Positions 1 to 10,151 of a stretch of 64,000 bases of DNA are shown here, one piece after another. The position numbers and the translations under genes were made by a program. Source of the stretch: an uncultured Chloroflexia bacterium. Lineage in GTDB: Bacteria; Chloroflexota; Limnocylindria; Limnocylindrales; CSP1-4. The notes below the pieces were generated by a model that made no database searches, had not been told where the DNA came from, and worked only from the letters and a program-made list of their open reading frames with translations. Every line of letters starts with the position of its first letter. The stretch's first letter is position 1. The stretch spans positions 1,952,001 to 2,016,000 of the forward strand of contig CAWHDR010000001.1 of assembly GCA_963828165.1 (NCBI GenBank), written 5' to 3'.

Positions 1-462
1 GGCCCCCGCACCCGTTCCGGTGCTGCTCGCACCGGCGCCGGCCGTACCGAGCAGTCCGCCCAGCAACCCGCCGAGGTCGGGCATCCCGCCTTGACCGGCG
101 GCCCCATCGAGGCCGCCCGACGGGGCCGAACCGCTCGGCGTCAGCATGTCGATGATCTGGGGCAGGAACATGGCCAGCAGGGGCAGGAGCGCACCGATGT
201 CGATGCCGGATCCAGTCGAGAGCTGTTGCACGGTGTCGGGTCCGAGCGCCTGGCTGAGCCGCTGTGGGTCGACCGGCTGGTTCGGCCCGGTCGAGACCCA
301 CGAGTCGACCTCGTTCGAGAGCCCGCCTTGGCGGAGCTTGCCGACCAGGCCGTCGAGACCCCCGGTCTGCTCGATCGCACTGGTCAGGCCGGTCAACGCG
401 GCCGGATCGGCCGCAGCCCCGCCGCCGCCCAGGCTCCTGGAACGCTGCGAGAGGTCGTCCAT
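1..462 (-). CDS. YidB/DUF937-family protein (3' end runs off the window)
   Basis: Manual translation from ATG 462, with a GGAGGAGA RBS upstream: MDDLSQ...GGLDGLVGKLRQGGLSNEVDSWVSTGPNQPVDPQRLSQALG...LPQIIDMLTP, the YidB signature. Not in the supplied ORF track. Confidence 0.8.
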   Translation of the reverse strand, partial: MDDLSQRSRSLGGGGAAADPAALTGLTSAIEQTGGLDGLVGKLRQGGLSNEVDSWVSTGPNQPVDPQRLSQALGPDTVQQLSTGSGIDIGALLPLLAMFLPQIIDMLTPSGSAPSGGLDGAAGQGGMPDLGGLLGGLLGTAGAGASSTGTGAGA

Positions 463-552
463 TGGTCTCTCCTCCGCCCGATGGGCACCTGGGAACAAAG
501 GTCTGGGGGCGTCGATGGTACGCCGTCGACGTACCGCAGAGGAGGGTGCGCC

Positions 553-1590
553 TCAGCCCTCGTCCGGCAGCGGATCGATCGGTCCTGTCGGGGCGTCCGC
601 CGCCGGCACCTCCGGAGCGGCCTCGCCCGCCGGCAGGTCCCACGGCCAGGTCTTGAGGCGTCGCAGCAACCGCCGGCCCGTGAGGTCCAGGTGGATCGGC
701 GTGATCGCGATCCGCCGGTTGATGACCGCGTGGTAGTCGGTGCCCGGCACGGCGAGGCCTGACGGCGGAGGTCCGCCGATCCAGAAGTAGGGGATGCCGC
801 GCGGGTCGCGTCGCTCGACGAGCTGGTCGGAATACACCCGCCGGCCGAGGCGGGTGACCTCGAATCCCCCGGACTCCTCGAGGGACGCGGCCGGGACGTT
901 GACGTTGATGAGCTCGCCCCGCGAGAGCCCCTCGGTGAGGATGTTTCGGGCCACCACCGTTGCCGCGTAGCCGGCCAGCGCGAAATCCGGGTGCTCGTAG
1001 TACTCCTGCGAGATCGCGAACGCGGGGCAGTTGTTGATCACGGCCTCCATCGCGGCGCTGACAGTCCCCGAGTACGTGATGTCGTCGCCGAGGTTGGCCC
1101 CGTAGTTGATGCCCGCGGCGACGAGATCGAAGCCGTGCTCGAAGTAGCCCAGGAAGGCGAGGCTGACCGCGTCGGTCGGCGAACCGTCCACGGAATACGC
1201 GGGAGAGCCGTCCGCCAGGATCCTTTCGCGCACGCGCAGCGGTCGCATCAGCGTCTTCTGGTGACCCACGGCGCTCTGGTTCGTGTCGGGCGCGACGACC
1301 GTCACGTCCCCGATCGGCTCGAGGGCCTGCTTGAGCGCGAGCAGGCCACGTGACTCGACCCCGTCGTCGTTGGTGACGAGGATGCGCGGCCGGCTGGTGT
1401 ATTCCGGCTTGGGACGCGACGGCGTCCGGAGGGCGCGCGGGCCGCCGCGCTCGCTCCCGCCTGCCAGCGGCTCACCCCGCTCCAGGTCGACGTCGCGCCG
1501 CTCGGACCGGGCGCGCTCGCGGGTCATGTCCGGGACCTCGGCCTTGGCCGGCGTCGAGTCTCCCTTGCGAGCGCCCTTCTCGCCGCTCAC
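553..1590 (-). CDS. surE: 5'/3'-nucleotidase SurE with an N-terminal extension
   Basis: ILVTNDDG, GSPTDAV, GINYGANLG and YSGTVSAAMEA motifs. GTG 1590 overlaps the upstream stop; ATG 1527 is an alternative start. Confidence 0.93.
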   Translation of the reverse strand: MSGEKGARKGDSTPAKAEVPDMTRERARSERRDVDLERGEPLAGGSERGGPRALRTPSRPKPEYTSRPRILVTNDDGVESRGLLALKQALEPIGDVTVVAPDTNQSAVGHQKTLMRPLRVRERILADGSPAYSVDGSPTDAVSLAFLGYFEHGFDLVAAGINYGANLGDDITYSGTVSAAMEAVINNCPAFAISQEYYEHPDFALAGYAATVVARNILTEGLSRGELINVNVPAASLEESGGFEVTRLGRRVYSDQLVERRDPRGIPYFWIGGPPPSGLAVPGTDYHAVINRRIAITPIHLDLTGRRLLRRLKTWPWDLPAGEAAPEVPAADAPTGPIDPLPDEG

Positions 1591-2777
1591 GGGTCGACGA
1601 CGTCCGTGGCGCCTCCGGGCACGGGTTCGCGTGGGACCCGCACCGGCCGGCCCTCGCGCTCGCTCAGGCGTTTCGCGGCACGGCCGGTGACCGAGCGATC
1701 GCCCGAGGTGCGGTGCAGGAAGTGGAAGAAGAACGCCGAGGCCACGGCCGCGATCGGGATCCCGAAGATGGCTCCGGGGATGCCCGCGATCTTCGACCCG
1801 ATCAGGACCGAGCCGAGCACCACGATCGGGTGGATCCCGACCGCGCCCTGCATGATCCGGGGCTGGAGCACGTTCATCACGATCACCCAGCCGATGCCCA
1901 TGATCACGATCGTCGGCACCAGGGCCTCGGGTTTGAAGATCAAGGCCGAGATGACGGGCGGGGCCCAGGCCAGGAACGGCCCGAAGAACGGGATCGCCAT
2001 CAGGAGGCCCGCGGCGGTCGACGTCAGCGCCTCGAGCGGCAGCCCCAGCAACACGCTCGTCGCCATCGCGATCAGGAAATAGACGATGCCCATGAGCGCC
2101 TGGCCGCGCAGGAACCCGCCGAACGAGCGGGCGACCGAGGTCTGCAGGAGCCGAGCCTCTTCGGCGTAGGTCGGTGGTACGAGGCGGAAGATGAAGGCCA
2201 TGATCGCGTCGCGATCGATGACCATGTAGATCGACAGGATGAACACGATCAGCATCGTCCCGATCGCGCCGACGCTGGCGACCGCGATCGACTGGAGGGG
2301 AACGATCAGCTGGGCCGCGACGACATCGAGGTTGTCGAGGATCGCGAGCGCCTGCGCGGCGAGGTCCACCTGTCCGAGCCCGATGCCGGTCAGCCAGCCC
2401 TGCAGCGGGGCGAGGATCGTGCCGATGTCGGCGCGGATCTGCGGGAGGGAAGCGATGAGCTGCGTGATCGACGTGGACAGCGCCTGGGCCACGATGAGCA
2501 CGATGAACACCAGGATCACGACGATCGCGCTGTAGACGATCACCGTCGCCAACACCCGCGGCAGGCGTGGGATCAGCGCGACGATCCGGGTGACGATCGG
2601 GCTGATGATGAACGCGAGCAGCCAGGCCAGGAAGAACGTCAGCAGGGTGTCGCCGAAGTAGCCGATGGCCGCAGCCGCCAGGCTGACGGCGGTGAAGAAC
2701 AGGACCACCGTCGCGAGCACGAGGATGGCGCCGACGAGTCGGCGTTCGCGAGTGGCGGTTCCCAGGGCGTCGATCAT
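1587..2777 (-). CDS. AI-2E (PerM) family transporter
   Basis: Multi-TM protein with AWLLAFIISP, GFLRGQ, IPFFGP and 'LQPRIM...GIHP...GAIFGIP' family motifs. Confidence 0.9.
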   Translation of the reverse strand: MIDALGTATRERRLVGAILVLATVVLFFTAVSLAAAAIGYFGDTLLTFFLAWLLAFIISPIVTRIVALIPRLPRVLATVIVYSAIVVILVFIVLIVAQALSTSITQLIASLPQIRADIGTILAPLQGWLTGIGLGQVDLAAQALAILDNLDVVAAQLIVPLQSIAVASVGAIGTMLIVFILSIYMVIDRDAIMAFIFRLVPPTYAEEARLLQTSVARSFGGFLRGQALMGIVYFLIAMATSVLLGLPLEALTSTAAGLLMAIPFFGPFLAWAPPVISALIFKPEALVPTIVIMGIGWVIVMNVLQPRIMQGAVGIHPIVVLGSVLIGSKIAGIPGAIFGIPIAAVASAFFFHFLHRTSGDRSVTGRAAKRLSEREGRPVRVPREPVPGGATDVVDP

Positions 2778-2785
2778 GGCGGGCC

Positions 2786-3805
2786 TTACCGGAGCCCCAT
2801 CTTCTCGCGAACCTCGGCCATCGTCGCCTCGGCGATCGGGCGGGCACGCCCGGCACCGTCGTCCAGGATGCGTGCGATGCGGGCCGGATCGGCCATCAGC
2901 TCGGCGTAGCGCTCGCGGGCCTCCGCGTAGTGCCGGATGATCCGCTCTGCGAGGAGGCGCTTCGTGTCGACGCAGCCCGTCCGCGCCGTCCGTTCGCCGT
3001 CCCAGATCTCCTCGAAATCGTCGCCGAAGAACCGGTGCAGCTGGCATACGTTGCAGACCTCGGGGCGACCCGGGTCGGTCCGCAGGATGCGCTTGGTGTC
3101 GGTGACCATGCTCATGACCTGCTTGGTCACCACCTCGGGCGGTGCGAGGATATCGATGGTGTTGGCGAGCGACTTGGACATCTTCCGCACGCCGTCCGTG
3201 CCCAGGACGATGGGCGATTCCGTGAAGACCGCCTGCGGCTCGGGGAAGGTGTCGCCATACAGCGTGTTGAACCGGCGCACGATCTCCCGCGATAGCTCCA
3301 GGTGTGCCGCCTGGTCCTTCCCGACTGGCACGAGCGACGCCTTGTAGAGGACGATGTCGGCCGCCTGCAGCACCGGGTAGCTGAGCAACCCGTGGTTGAC
3401 GTCGTCCGGCTGCTGCTGCTTCTTCTCCTTGTACGTGGGCGTGCGCTCCAGCCAGCTGACCGGCGTGACGGTCATCAGCAGCCAGCCGAGCTCGGTCGCC
3501 TCCGGCCGGTGGCTCTGGACGAACAGGGTGCAGCGCTCCGGGTCCAGGCCCAGCGCGATCAGCGAGGCGGCCATCTCGCGCGTCCTGGTCCGGAGCGCGT
3601 CGGGGTCGTGGAGGCTCGTCAGGGCGTGGTAATCGACGATGCAATAGATCGCCTCGTACTCCCACTGGAGCTTCACGTAGTTGCGGATCGCACCCAGGTC
3701 GTTGCCAAGGTGGGGCGCCCCGGATGGTTGGATCCCGGAGAAGATCCGCGGCCGTGGCGAGGGCGCCGCGACCGGCACGGGGGCAGGGGCGATCTCGGTC
3801 GTCAT
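2786..3805 (-). CDS. trpS: tryptophan--tRNA ligase
   Basis: FSGIQPSG, HLGN (HIGH-like), YPVLQAADI, VPVGKDQ and KMSKS motifs. Confidence 0.97.
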   Translation of the reverse strand: MTTEIAPAPVPVAAPSPRPRIFSGIQPSGAPHLGNDLGAIRNYVKLQWEYEAIYCIVDYHALTSLHDPDALRTRTREMAASLIALGLDPERCTLFVQSHRPEATELGWLLMTVTPVSWLERTPTYKEKKQQQPDDVNHGLLSYPVLQAADIVLYKASLVPVGKDQAAHLELSREIVRRFNTLYGDTFPEPQAVFTESPIVLGTDGVRKMSKSLANTIDILAPPEVVTKQVMSMVTDTKRILRTDPGRPEVCNVCQLHRFFGDDFEEIWDGERTARTGCVDTKRLLAERIIRHYAEARERYAELMADPARIARILDDGAGRARPIAEATMAEVREKMGLR

Positions 3806-3863
3806 CGGCGAGGCGAGTGTAGCCGACGCCTCTGCGGGGGGACGGTCGGCGGGGAATGCGATC

Positions 3864-3928
3864 TGCAACGCAGTTGCAACCCGAGAGTCGTACCGGACCT
3901 AGCCTTGGGTAGTCGCATCGCAGTTGCA
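3864..3928. promoter_or_regulatory. two related inverted-repeat sites (putative operators) in the trpS/MFS divergent intergenic region
   Basis: TGCAACgcaGTTGCA at 3864-3878 and CGCATCgcaGTTGCA at 3914-3928, 50 bp apart. Confidence 0.45.
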
Positions 3929-4085
3929 TCGCAGCGAAGCCCGAATGCCGTTCGGCACCGTCGGTCGAATCGACGGGAGGTGCGCCTCCGGTACGACCCG
4001 TCTGCAGTCAGCGCGGCCCGAAACGGCCCGCGCGTGCCCAACGCGCTCGCCCGCTCGCAAGCGGCGACCCCAGGAGGAACGACCC

Positions 4086-5552
4086 GTGGCAACCACGGCT
4101 GCACCCGTCCCCGCCCAGCCGTCCGACGAGACCGCCGTCGCCCGCTACCAGTTCAAGCTTCCCTTCGTCATCGGCGCGTCGGCCGCCGGCACGGTGATCG
4201 AGTGGTATGACTTCTACCTCTACGGCGTGTTGGCTGCGTTCTTCGCGACGCAGTTCTTTCCGCCGGGCAATGAAGTCGCTGCGCTGCTGTCGTCGCTCGC
4301 CACGTTCGGCGCCGGGTTCGCCGTCCGGCCGTTCGGGGCAGCGTTCTTCGGTCGGATCGGCGACATCATCGGACGCAAGTTCACCTTCCTCGTCACCATC
4401 TCCCTGATGGGCGGGGCCACCGCCCTCGTCGGCCTGCTGCCGACCTACGCCCAGATCGGCGTCCTGGCGCCGATCATCCTCGTGGTCCTTCGCCTGGCAC
4501 AGGGGCTGGCCCTCGGTGGCGAATACGGCGGTGCCGCGATCTACGTCGCTGAGCACGCCCCCGATCACCAACGTGGCAAATACACGAGCTGGATCCAGAC
4601 GACCGCGACCGTCGGCCTCCTGCTGGCCCTGGCAGTCGTCGCCTTCTTCCGACTATCGATGGGCGACGCGGCCTTCCGCGAGTACGGATGGCGCATCCCA
4701 TTCATCCTGTCGTCGGTCCTGGTGGTCCTGGCGCTGATGATCCGCTTGCGCCTGCAGGAGACCCCACTCTTCACACGCCTCAAGGCGGAGGGAAATTCCT
4801 CGACATCGCCCTGGCGCGAGAGCTTCGGCGATCCGGCCAACCGGAAGCTCATCCTCTTGGCCTTGTTCGGCATGACCGCCGGTCAGGCCGTGGTCTGGTA
4901 CCAGGGCCAGTTCCAGGCCCTGTTCTTCATGCAGACCATCCTGGGGATCAACTTCAGCACGTCGTACCTGATCGTCGGAACGGCCATCGTCCTCGCGACG
5001 CCGTTCTTCATCTTCTTCGGGCGCCTGTCGGACCGGGTCGGTAGAAAACCGATCATCCTCGGTGGTTGCCTGATCGCAGCGCTGTCATACCTCCCGATCT
5101 ACAACCTCATGTTCGCGGTCGCGAACCCGGTCGCCAACCCGAAGACCGACCCCGCGATCACCTCGACCTACATCAGCGCCAACCCGAACGTGATCGCGCT
5201 CATCGCGCTGGTCTGGATCCAGGTGGTGTTCGTGACCATGGTCTACGGGCCGATCGCGGCATTCCTGGTGGAGTACTTCCCGGCGCGCATCCGCTACACG
5301 TCGCTGTCCATCCCGTACCACATCGGCAACGGCTGGTTCGGCGGGTTCCTGCCCTTGATCGCGGCGAGCCTGTTCGCGGCGACGGGAAACATCTTCGCCG
5401 GGTTGATCTATCCGATCGTGGTCGCGCTGATCACGGCCTTCATCGGCTGGCGGTACGTACGCGAGTCGAAGGACGTCCGCATCTGGGACGAGGTCGGCGG
5501 CGAGACGGACAATGTGGTGACGGCCTCCCAACGGACCGAGTCCACGGCCTGA
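4086..5552 (+). CDS. MFS transporter, metabolite:H+ symporter (MHS) family
   Basis: AGGAGG RBS before GTG. GTVIEWYDF, RPFGA...GRIGDIIGRK, QGLALGGEYGG and SDRVGRK motifs. Confidence 0.93.
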   Translation: MATTAAPVPAQPSDETAVARYQFKLPFVIGASAAGTVIEWYDFYLYGVLAAFFATQFFPPGNEVAALLSSLATFGAGFAVRPFGAAFFGRIGDIIGRKFTFLVTISLMGGATALVGLLPTYAQIGVLAPIILVVLRLAQGLALGGEYGGAAIYVAEHAPDHQRGKYTSWIQTTATVGLLLALAVVAFFRLSMGDAAFREYGWRIPFILSSVLVVLALMIRLRLQETPLFTRLKAEGNSSTSPWRESFGDPANRKLILLALFGMTAGQAVVWYQGQFQALFFMQTILGINFSTSYLIVGTAIVLATPFFIFFGRLSDRVGRKPIILGGCLIAALSYLPIYNLMFAVANPVANPKTDPAITSTYISANPNVIALIALVWIQVVFVTMVYGPIAAFLVEYFPARIRYTSLSIPYHIGNGWFGGFLPLIAASLFAATGNIFAGLIYPIVVALITAFIGWRYVRESKDVRIWDEVGGETDNVVTASQRTESTA

Positions 5553-5567
5553 ATCCCAGCAGCCCGA

Positions 5568-5600
5568 GCCGCCCTGGCCTCGTGCCAGGGCGGCGTCTTC
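5568..5600 (+). terminator. GC-rich stem-loop, putative intrinsic terminator
   Basis: GCCGCCCTGGC-ctcgt-GCCAGGGCGGC 11-bp perfect stem just after the MFS stop; weak U-tract (gtcttc). Confidence 0.6.
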
Positions 5601-5641
5601 GTCCCCGGGCCCGAGCGGCCGTCGGCTACCATTCGCGGGCG

Positions 5642-6934
5642 ATGACCCGCCCATCACCCGCCCCGTCCGTGCACGTCGACACCCTGTCGGTCGCCATGCT
5701 TGGCGCGGGCACCGTCGGTCGCGCCGTCGCGGAGTGGATGCTCGGCCAGCCCGACCGGCTGGTCATGGCTGACGGGGGCGGCGTCACCCTCGTCGCGATC
5801 GCCGTTCGCGACCTCGAACGCGCCCGGGAGGCGGGCATCCGCGGGGACCTGCTGACCGACGCGCCAGCCCACCTCGTCGCCGACCCGGAGACCGACGTCA
5901 TCATCGAGGTGATGGGCGGCGACGAACCGGCGCGGACGCTGATCGTGGCCGCGCTCCGTGCCGGCAAGGCGGTCGTCACCGCGAACAAGCACGTGATCGC
6001 CCACCACGGCCCGGACCTCGAGGCGGCTGCCCGGCTGACCGGGGCGGCCCTTCGGTTCGAGGCCGCCGTGGCCGGAGGCATCCCAGTGCTGGGCACGCTG
6101 GCCGGCGACCTCGCCGCCAACGACATCCAGCGCGTCCGCGGCATCGTGAACGGCACCACGAACTACATCCTGACGGCGATGGCCGACGATGGCCGGCCGT
6201 ACGACGAGGTCCTCGAGGATGCCCAGGAGCTGGGCTACGCGGAGGCTGACCCGACCGGCGACGTCGAGGGCGATGACGCGGTGAACAAGCTCGTGATCCT
6301 CGCTCGGCTCGCGTTCGGTCAGTGGCTGGATCCCGGAACGGTCGGGCGACGGCCGCCGTCGGCGCGCGGCGACGGCAAGCCCGGCATCACCGGCGTCACC
6401 GACCAGGAGCTCGAGGGTGCGGCGGCTCTGGGCCTGACGATCAAGCTGCTTGCCACCGCCACGCGCCGCGACGGGGCTATCGAGGCCTCCGTCATCCCGA
6501 CCGCGGTGCCGGCCGACAGTCCCTTCGGCTGGACCGAGGGCGTCACCAACCGCATCGAGATCGACGCCGAGCCGCTTGGCACGCTCGGCCTGTCGGGACC
6601 GGGCGCCGGTGGGCCCGCGACCAGCAGCGCCATCCTCGGCGATCTCCTGGCGATCGGTCGCGGCCTCGGATCGACCTGGGCCGCTCTGCCCGCGGCGACC
6701 GGACCGGCCACGGCAGCCGCCGACCCCTTCGATGGCCGGCGTCACTGGTTCGCCTTCCTGCCGGCGGTCAAGCCGGGGCCGCTCCCTGACGCCCTCGACG
6801 AGGCCGCCGCAGTCGGGTTCGAGGACGGCACGGCCATCCGCAGCGAGGTCGTGACCCTGGCCCAGGCGAAGGCGGCCTTCGCGGCCATCCTGCCGGACGG
6901 CGTCGACGTCACGCTCTACCCCGTCGATGACTGA
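5642..6934 (+). CDS. hom: homoserine dehydrogenase
   Basis: [41 protein letters not shown] and GPGAG motifs. Confidence 0.95.
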   Translation: MTRPSPAPSVHVDTLSVAMLGAGTVGRAVAEWMLGQPDRLVMADGGGVTLVAIAVRDLERAREAGIRGDLLTDAPAHLVADPETDVIIEVMGGDEPARTLIVAALRAGKAVVTANKHVIAHHGPDLEAAARLTGAALRFEAAVAGGIPVLGTLAGDLAANDIQRVRGIVNGTTNYILTAMADDGRPYDEVLEDAQELGYAEADPTGDVEGDDAVNKLVILARLAFGQWLDPGTVGRRPPSARGDGKPGITGVTDQELEGAAALGLTIKLLATATRRDGAIEASVIPTAVPADSPFGWTEGVTNRIEIDAEPLGTLGLSGPGAGGPATSSAILGDLLAIGRGLGSTWAALPAATGPATAAADPFDGRRHWFAFLPAVKPGPLPDALDEAAAVGFEDGTAIRSEVVTLAQAKAAFAAILPDGVDVTLYPVDD

Positions 6935-8015
6935 CGCGGTGACGGCCGACGCGACCGCCCGGCCGCGGCTGATGGAGCGGTACCGCCGCTTCCTGCCGAT
7001 CACGGATGCCACCCCGGCGCTGACCCTCGGGGAGGGAGCGACGCCGCTCGTCCGCGCCGAGCGTCTCGGGGCGGCGATCGGGGCCCCGAACCTGTACCTC
7101 AAGGTCGAGGGCCAGAACCCGACCGGGTCGTTCAAGGACCGCGGGATGGTCGTGGCGGTGGCCAAGGCCGTGGAGGCTGGGGCGAGGGCCGTCGTGTGCG
7201 CGTCGACCGGCAACACGTCCGCGTCCGCTGCCGCGTACGGCGCCCACGCCGGACTGGAGGTCATCGTGATCCTGCCCAAGGGCCAGATCGCCCTCGGCAA
7301 GCTCGTGGCCGCGCTCATCGCCGGCGCCCGGGTCGTCGCCATCGACGGCAACTTCGACCAGGCGCTCCACATCGTACGGGGACTGGCCGAGCAGGACGAC
7401 CATCCCGTCACCCTGGTCAACTCGGTCAACCCGTTCCGCCTCGAGGGCCAGAAGACCGCGGCTTTCGAGATCTGCGACGACCTCGGGCGCCCCCCTGACA
7501 TCCTGGCGATCCCGGTCGGGAACGCCGGCAACATCAGCGCCTACTGGGCTGGGTTCGGCGAGTACGCCGATGCCGGGCTCACGACATCGACACCCGCGAT
7601 GTGGGGCTTCCAGGCTGCCGGTGCCGCCCCCCTGGTACACGGTCGACGCGTGGAGCGGCCGGAAACGATCGCGACCGCCATCCGGATCGGCGATCCGGCG
7701 TCGTGGGAGAAGGCCGAGGCCGCGCGCGACGAGAGCGGCGGTCGCATCGAGGCGGTGACGGACGACGAGATCCTGGCCGCGTACCGCGATCTGGCTCAGA
7801 CGGAGGGCGTGTTCTGCGAGCCCGCCTCGGCGGCGAGCGTGGCCGGCGTCCGCAAGATGGCGGCGGCCGGCCGCCTGGACCCCGACGCCACGGTCGTCGC
7901 CGTACTGACCGGCCATGGTCTCAAGGACCCAGGAACCGCCGAACGCCAGGCCGCGGGCGTGCTCGAGGCCGCGCCGAGCCTGGGTGCCGTGGCCGTCGCC
8001 CTTGGCTGGAGCTAG
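6927..8015 (+). CDS. thrC: threonine synthase
   Basis: [10 protein letters not shown] (PLP Lys), [15 protein letters not shown] and LTGHGLKDP motifs. Confidence 0.96.
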   Translation: MTDAVTADATARPRLMERYRRFLPITDATPALTLGEGATPLVRAERLGAAIGAPNLYLKVEGQNPTGSFKDRGMVVAVAKAVEAGARAVVCASTGNTSASAAAYGAHAGLEVIVILPKGQIALGKLVAALIAGARVVAIDGNFDQALHIVRGLAEQDDHPVTLVNSVNPFRLEGQKTAAFEICDDLGRPPDILAIPVGNAGNISAYWAGFGEYADAGLTTSTPAMWGFQAAGAAPLVHGRRVERPETIATAIRIGDPASWEKAEAARDESGGRIEAVTDDEILAAYRDLAQTEGVFCEPASAASVAGVRKMAAAGRLDPDATVVAVLTGHGLKDPGTAERQAAGVLEAAPSLGAVAVALGWS

Positions 8016-8019
8016 GGCG

Positions 8020-8982
8020 ATGGGCGGGCACTGGCTGGCCGAGCTCGACGGGCGCCGGGTCACGGTAGAGGTCCCGGCAACGTCGGCCAATCTCGGGGCG
8101 GGCTACGACTGTCTCGGGGTGGCGCTGGACCTGACCAACCGCGTGGAGCTCGAGGTTCGCGGCTGGAGCCGCGGCGAGATCGAGCTGACCGTCGACGGTG
8201 AGGGCAGTGGTGAGCTGAGCGACAACCCGGAGAACCAATTCGTGCGCGGGCTCGAGGCGGCGCTCGTCGAGGGGCGCGGGGAGCTTCCGAACGGGGTGGG
8301 CTGGCGGATCTCCATGCGCAACAAGATCCCGCTCGCACGGGGCCTGGGTTCGTCGGCGGCGGCCACCGTTGCCGGCGTCGTGGCGGCGAACGCGCTCATG
8401 GGCGGGCCGCTGGACGGCGACGCCCAATTGCGCATCGCGACCTCGATCGAGGGCCACCCGGACAACGCCGCGGCCGCCATGCTGGGCGGGTTCGTGATAT
8501 CGGCTTCGACGCCGGACGGCGTGGAGGCGATCCGCTTCGATGTCCCCCGTGAGCTGCGGGCCGTCCTGTTCATCCCGGAGCTGCGGCTGTCCACGGCGGC
8601 GATGCGTCGCGCGCTCCCCAAGAACGTGCCGCTGGCCGACGCGGTCGCGAACCTGGGGGCTGTTGGCGTCGGCGTGGCCGGCCTGGCCGCCGGTCGGACC
8701 GATCTCCTGGCACGCATGACCGTGGACCGACTCCACGAGCCCTACCGGGCGAAGGTCTATCCCCAGCTGCCGCGGCTGGTCGCGGCCGCCCGCGAAGCCG
8801 GCGCCCTTGGGGCGTGCCTGTCGGGCGCGGGCTCCACGATCCTGGCCTTCGTGGATTCGATGACCGGGATCTCGAGGGTCGAGGGCGCGCTCGCGGCGGC
8901 CGCCGCCGACACCGACCTGGAGGGCCGCATCCTGGTCGTCCAGCCCCGGAACGCCGGGGCCAGGATCGTGTCGACCGCCTGA
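8020..8982 (+). CDS. thrB: homoserine kinase
   Basis: PATSANLGAGYD, IPLARGLGSS, EGHPDN and LSGAGS (GHMP kinase) motifs. Confidence 0.95.
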   Translation: MGGHWLAELDGRRVTVEVPATSANLGAGYDCLGVALDLTNRVELEVRGWSRGEIELTVDGEGSGELSDNPENQFVRGLEAALVEGRGELPNGVGWRISMRNKIPLARGLGSSAAATVAGVVAANALMGGPLDGDAQLRIATSIEGHPDNAAAAMLGGFVISASTPDGVEAIRFDVPRELRAVLFIPELRLSTAAMRRALPKNVPLADAVANLGAVGVGVAGLAAGRTDLLARMTVDRLHEPYRAKVYPQLPRLVAAAREAGALGACLSGAGSTILAFVDSMTGISRVEGALAAAAADTDLEGRILVVQPRNAGARIVSTA

Positions 8983-9000
8983 GATCCGGAGTGGTGCGGA

Positions 9001-9030
9001 GCGGTCCGCGACGGTCCGCGACGGTCCGCG
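9001..9030. repeat. 3 x 10-bp tandem repeat (NCGGTCCGCG)
   Basis: gcggtccgcg acggtccgcg acggtccgcg, read directly. Confidence 0.85.
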
Positions 9031-9060
9031 TCGGTTGACGCCGCCGCCACACTCGAAGGC

Positions 9061-9246
9061 ATGGATGGCTTGGTCGGGGCGGTCGGCAACGGCATCACGG
9101 GGCTCGTCGGTGGGGCCATGGACGCGATCGGCGGCGCGCTGCGCGGCATCGTCAACGCCGGGAACCAGGCGCTGCCGGGCGGCCTGTTCTGGGCAGTGAT
9201 CTTCGTGCTCCTGGTCATCGGCGGGTGGACCCTGGCGAAGCGCTGA
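9061..9246 (+). CDS. small hypothetical membrane protein (61 aa)
   Basis: GC-rich third positions, Gly-rich amphipathic N-terminus, C-terminal TM (LFWAVIFVLLVIGGW) and basic end. The 3' end overlaps the convergent hydrolase by 32 bp. Confidence 0.65.
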   Translation: MDGLVGAVGNGITGLVGGAMDAIGGALRGIVNAGNQALPGGLFWAVIFVLLVIGGWTLAKR

Positions 9247-10021
9247 CCGACGACGCCGACGCGATGAAGTCCTGGATCTCGCCCCACGCCGCCTCGCTCT
9301 CGGCCGCGAACTCCGTGGCCTTGCGGTCGAAGAAGCCGTGGGGAGCATCGGGGTAGGTCACGATCCGATGCTCCACACCCAAGGCGTCGAGGGCCGCGTC
9401 GAACGCGGCGACCTGATCCGGCGTGATGCTCTGGTCGGCCCCGCCGAACAGTCCCAGCACCGGCGAGGCGAACGAATCGACGAGGTCGAGCGGCGCCGGG
9501 GCGTCGTTACGCCACGGCCCGGCGAGCGTGCCGTACAGGCCGATCACGCCGGCGAGGTCTAGGTCGAGCGTCGCGGCCAGGAACGACATCCGCCCGCCCA
9601 CGCAGAACCCGAGCGTGAAGACCGCCTGCGGCTGCTCATCGTCGGAGCCGGGATCGCCGCGCACGGCCGTGACGGCCGCCTCGATGTCCGCCGTGATGCC
9701 GGCCCAGGTCGTTTGCGCCACGTGTGGTGCGTAGTCGAAGTCGGCGCCGCGTCGCTCGGCGCCCCCGGTCCGGCCGAACCAGTCGATCGCGATCGCGTCC
9801 GTGCCGCGCTCCGCGAATCGCAGCGCGAGCTCCTCGTAGTAGGGATGGAGCCCACGCACATCGGGCAGGATCACGACCGCGGCGGCGCCCGCCGAAGCCG
9901 GCCGGGCGCGGAAGGCCGCGAGCCGGTTCCCGTCGGCCGCCGTGAGCTCGGTCATGGCGCCGTCGATCGCCCCACCCGCGATCGGGGGGATCGGCGGCCG
10001 GCTGTCGTGGTCGAAACACAT
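9215..10021 (-). CDS. dienelactone hydrolase family protein
   Basis: LPDVRGL, GFCVGG nucleophile motif, GGADQSI and YPDAPHGF. Confidence 0.9.
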   Translation of the reverse strand: MCFDHDSRPPIPPIAGGAIDGAMTELTAADGNRLAAFRARPASAGAAAVVILPDVRGLHPYYEELALRFAERGTDAIAIDWFGRTGGAERRGADFDYAPHVAQTTWAGITADIEAAVTAVRGDPGSDDEQPQAVFTLGFCVGGRMSFLAATLDLDLAGVIGLYGTLAGPWRNDAPAPLDLVDSFASPVLGLFGGADQSITPDQVAAFDAALDALGVEHRIVTYPDAPHGFFDRKATEFAAESEAAWGEIQDFIASASSVSASPGSTRR

Positions 10022-10059
10022 GGCGAGACCTCGCGTGCGAGCCGACGCCCGGCGGGCGT

Positions 10060-10151
10060 CGAAACATTCGAATTCGAAGTATCCGCGAGGGGCCGCCGAC
10101 CGCCCACGACTGGCGACCTTCGTCGGCGAAAGCTTCGATTTCGAAGGATCC
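10060..10151. promoter_or_regulatory. duplicated 25-bp palindromic site between the divergent hydrolase and ask genes
   Basis: CGAAACATTCGAATTCGAAGTATCC (10060-10084) versus CGAAAGCTTCGATTTCGAAGGATCC (10127-10151), 21/25 identical. Confidence 0.55.

Noticed and set aside
1591-3929. 767-aa and 780-aa ORFs read as large fusions
   Set aside because: Their N-terminal parts are off-frame read-through over the AI-2E and trpS genes; only the SurE and AI-2E portions have motifs.
3806-4085. T-box riboswitch upstream of trpS
   Set aside because: No T-box consensus seen on the minus strand, and a -10 hexamer sits 10 nt from the start.
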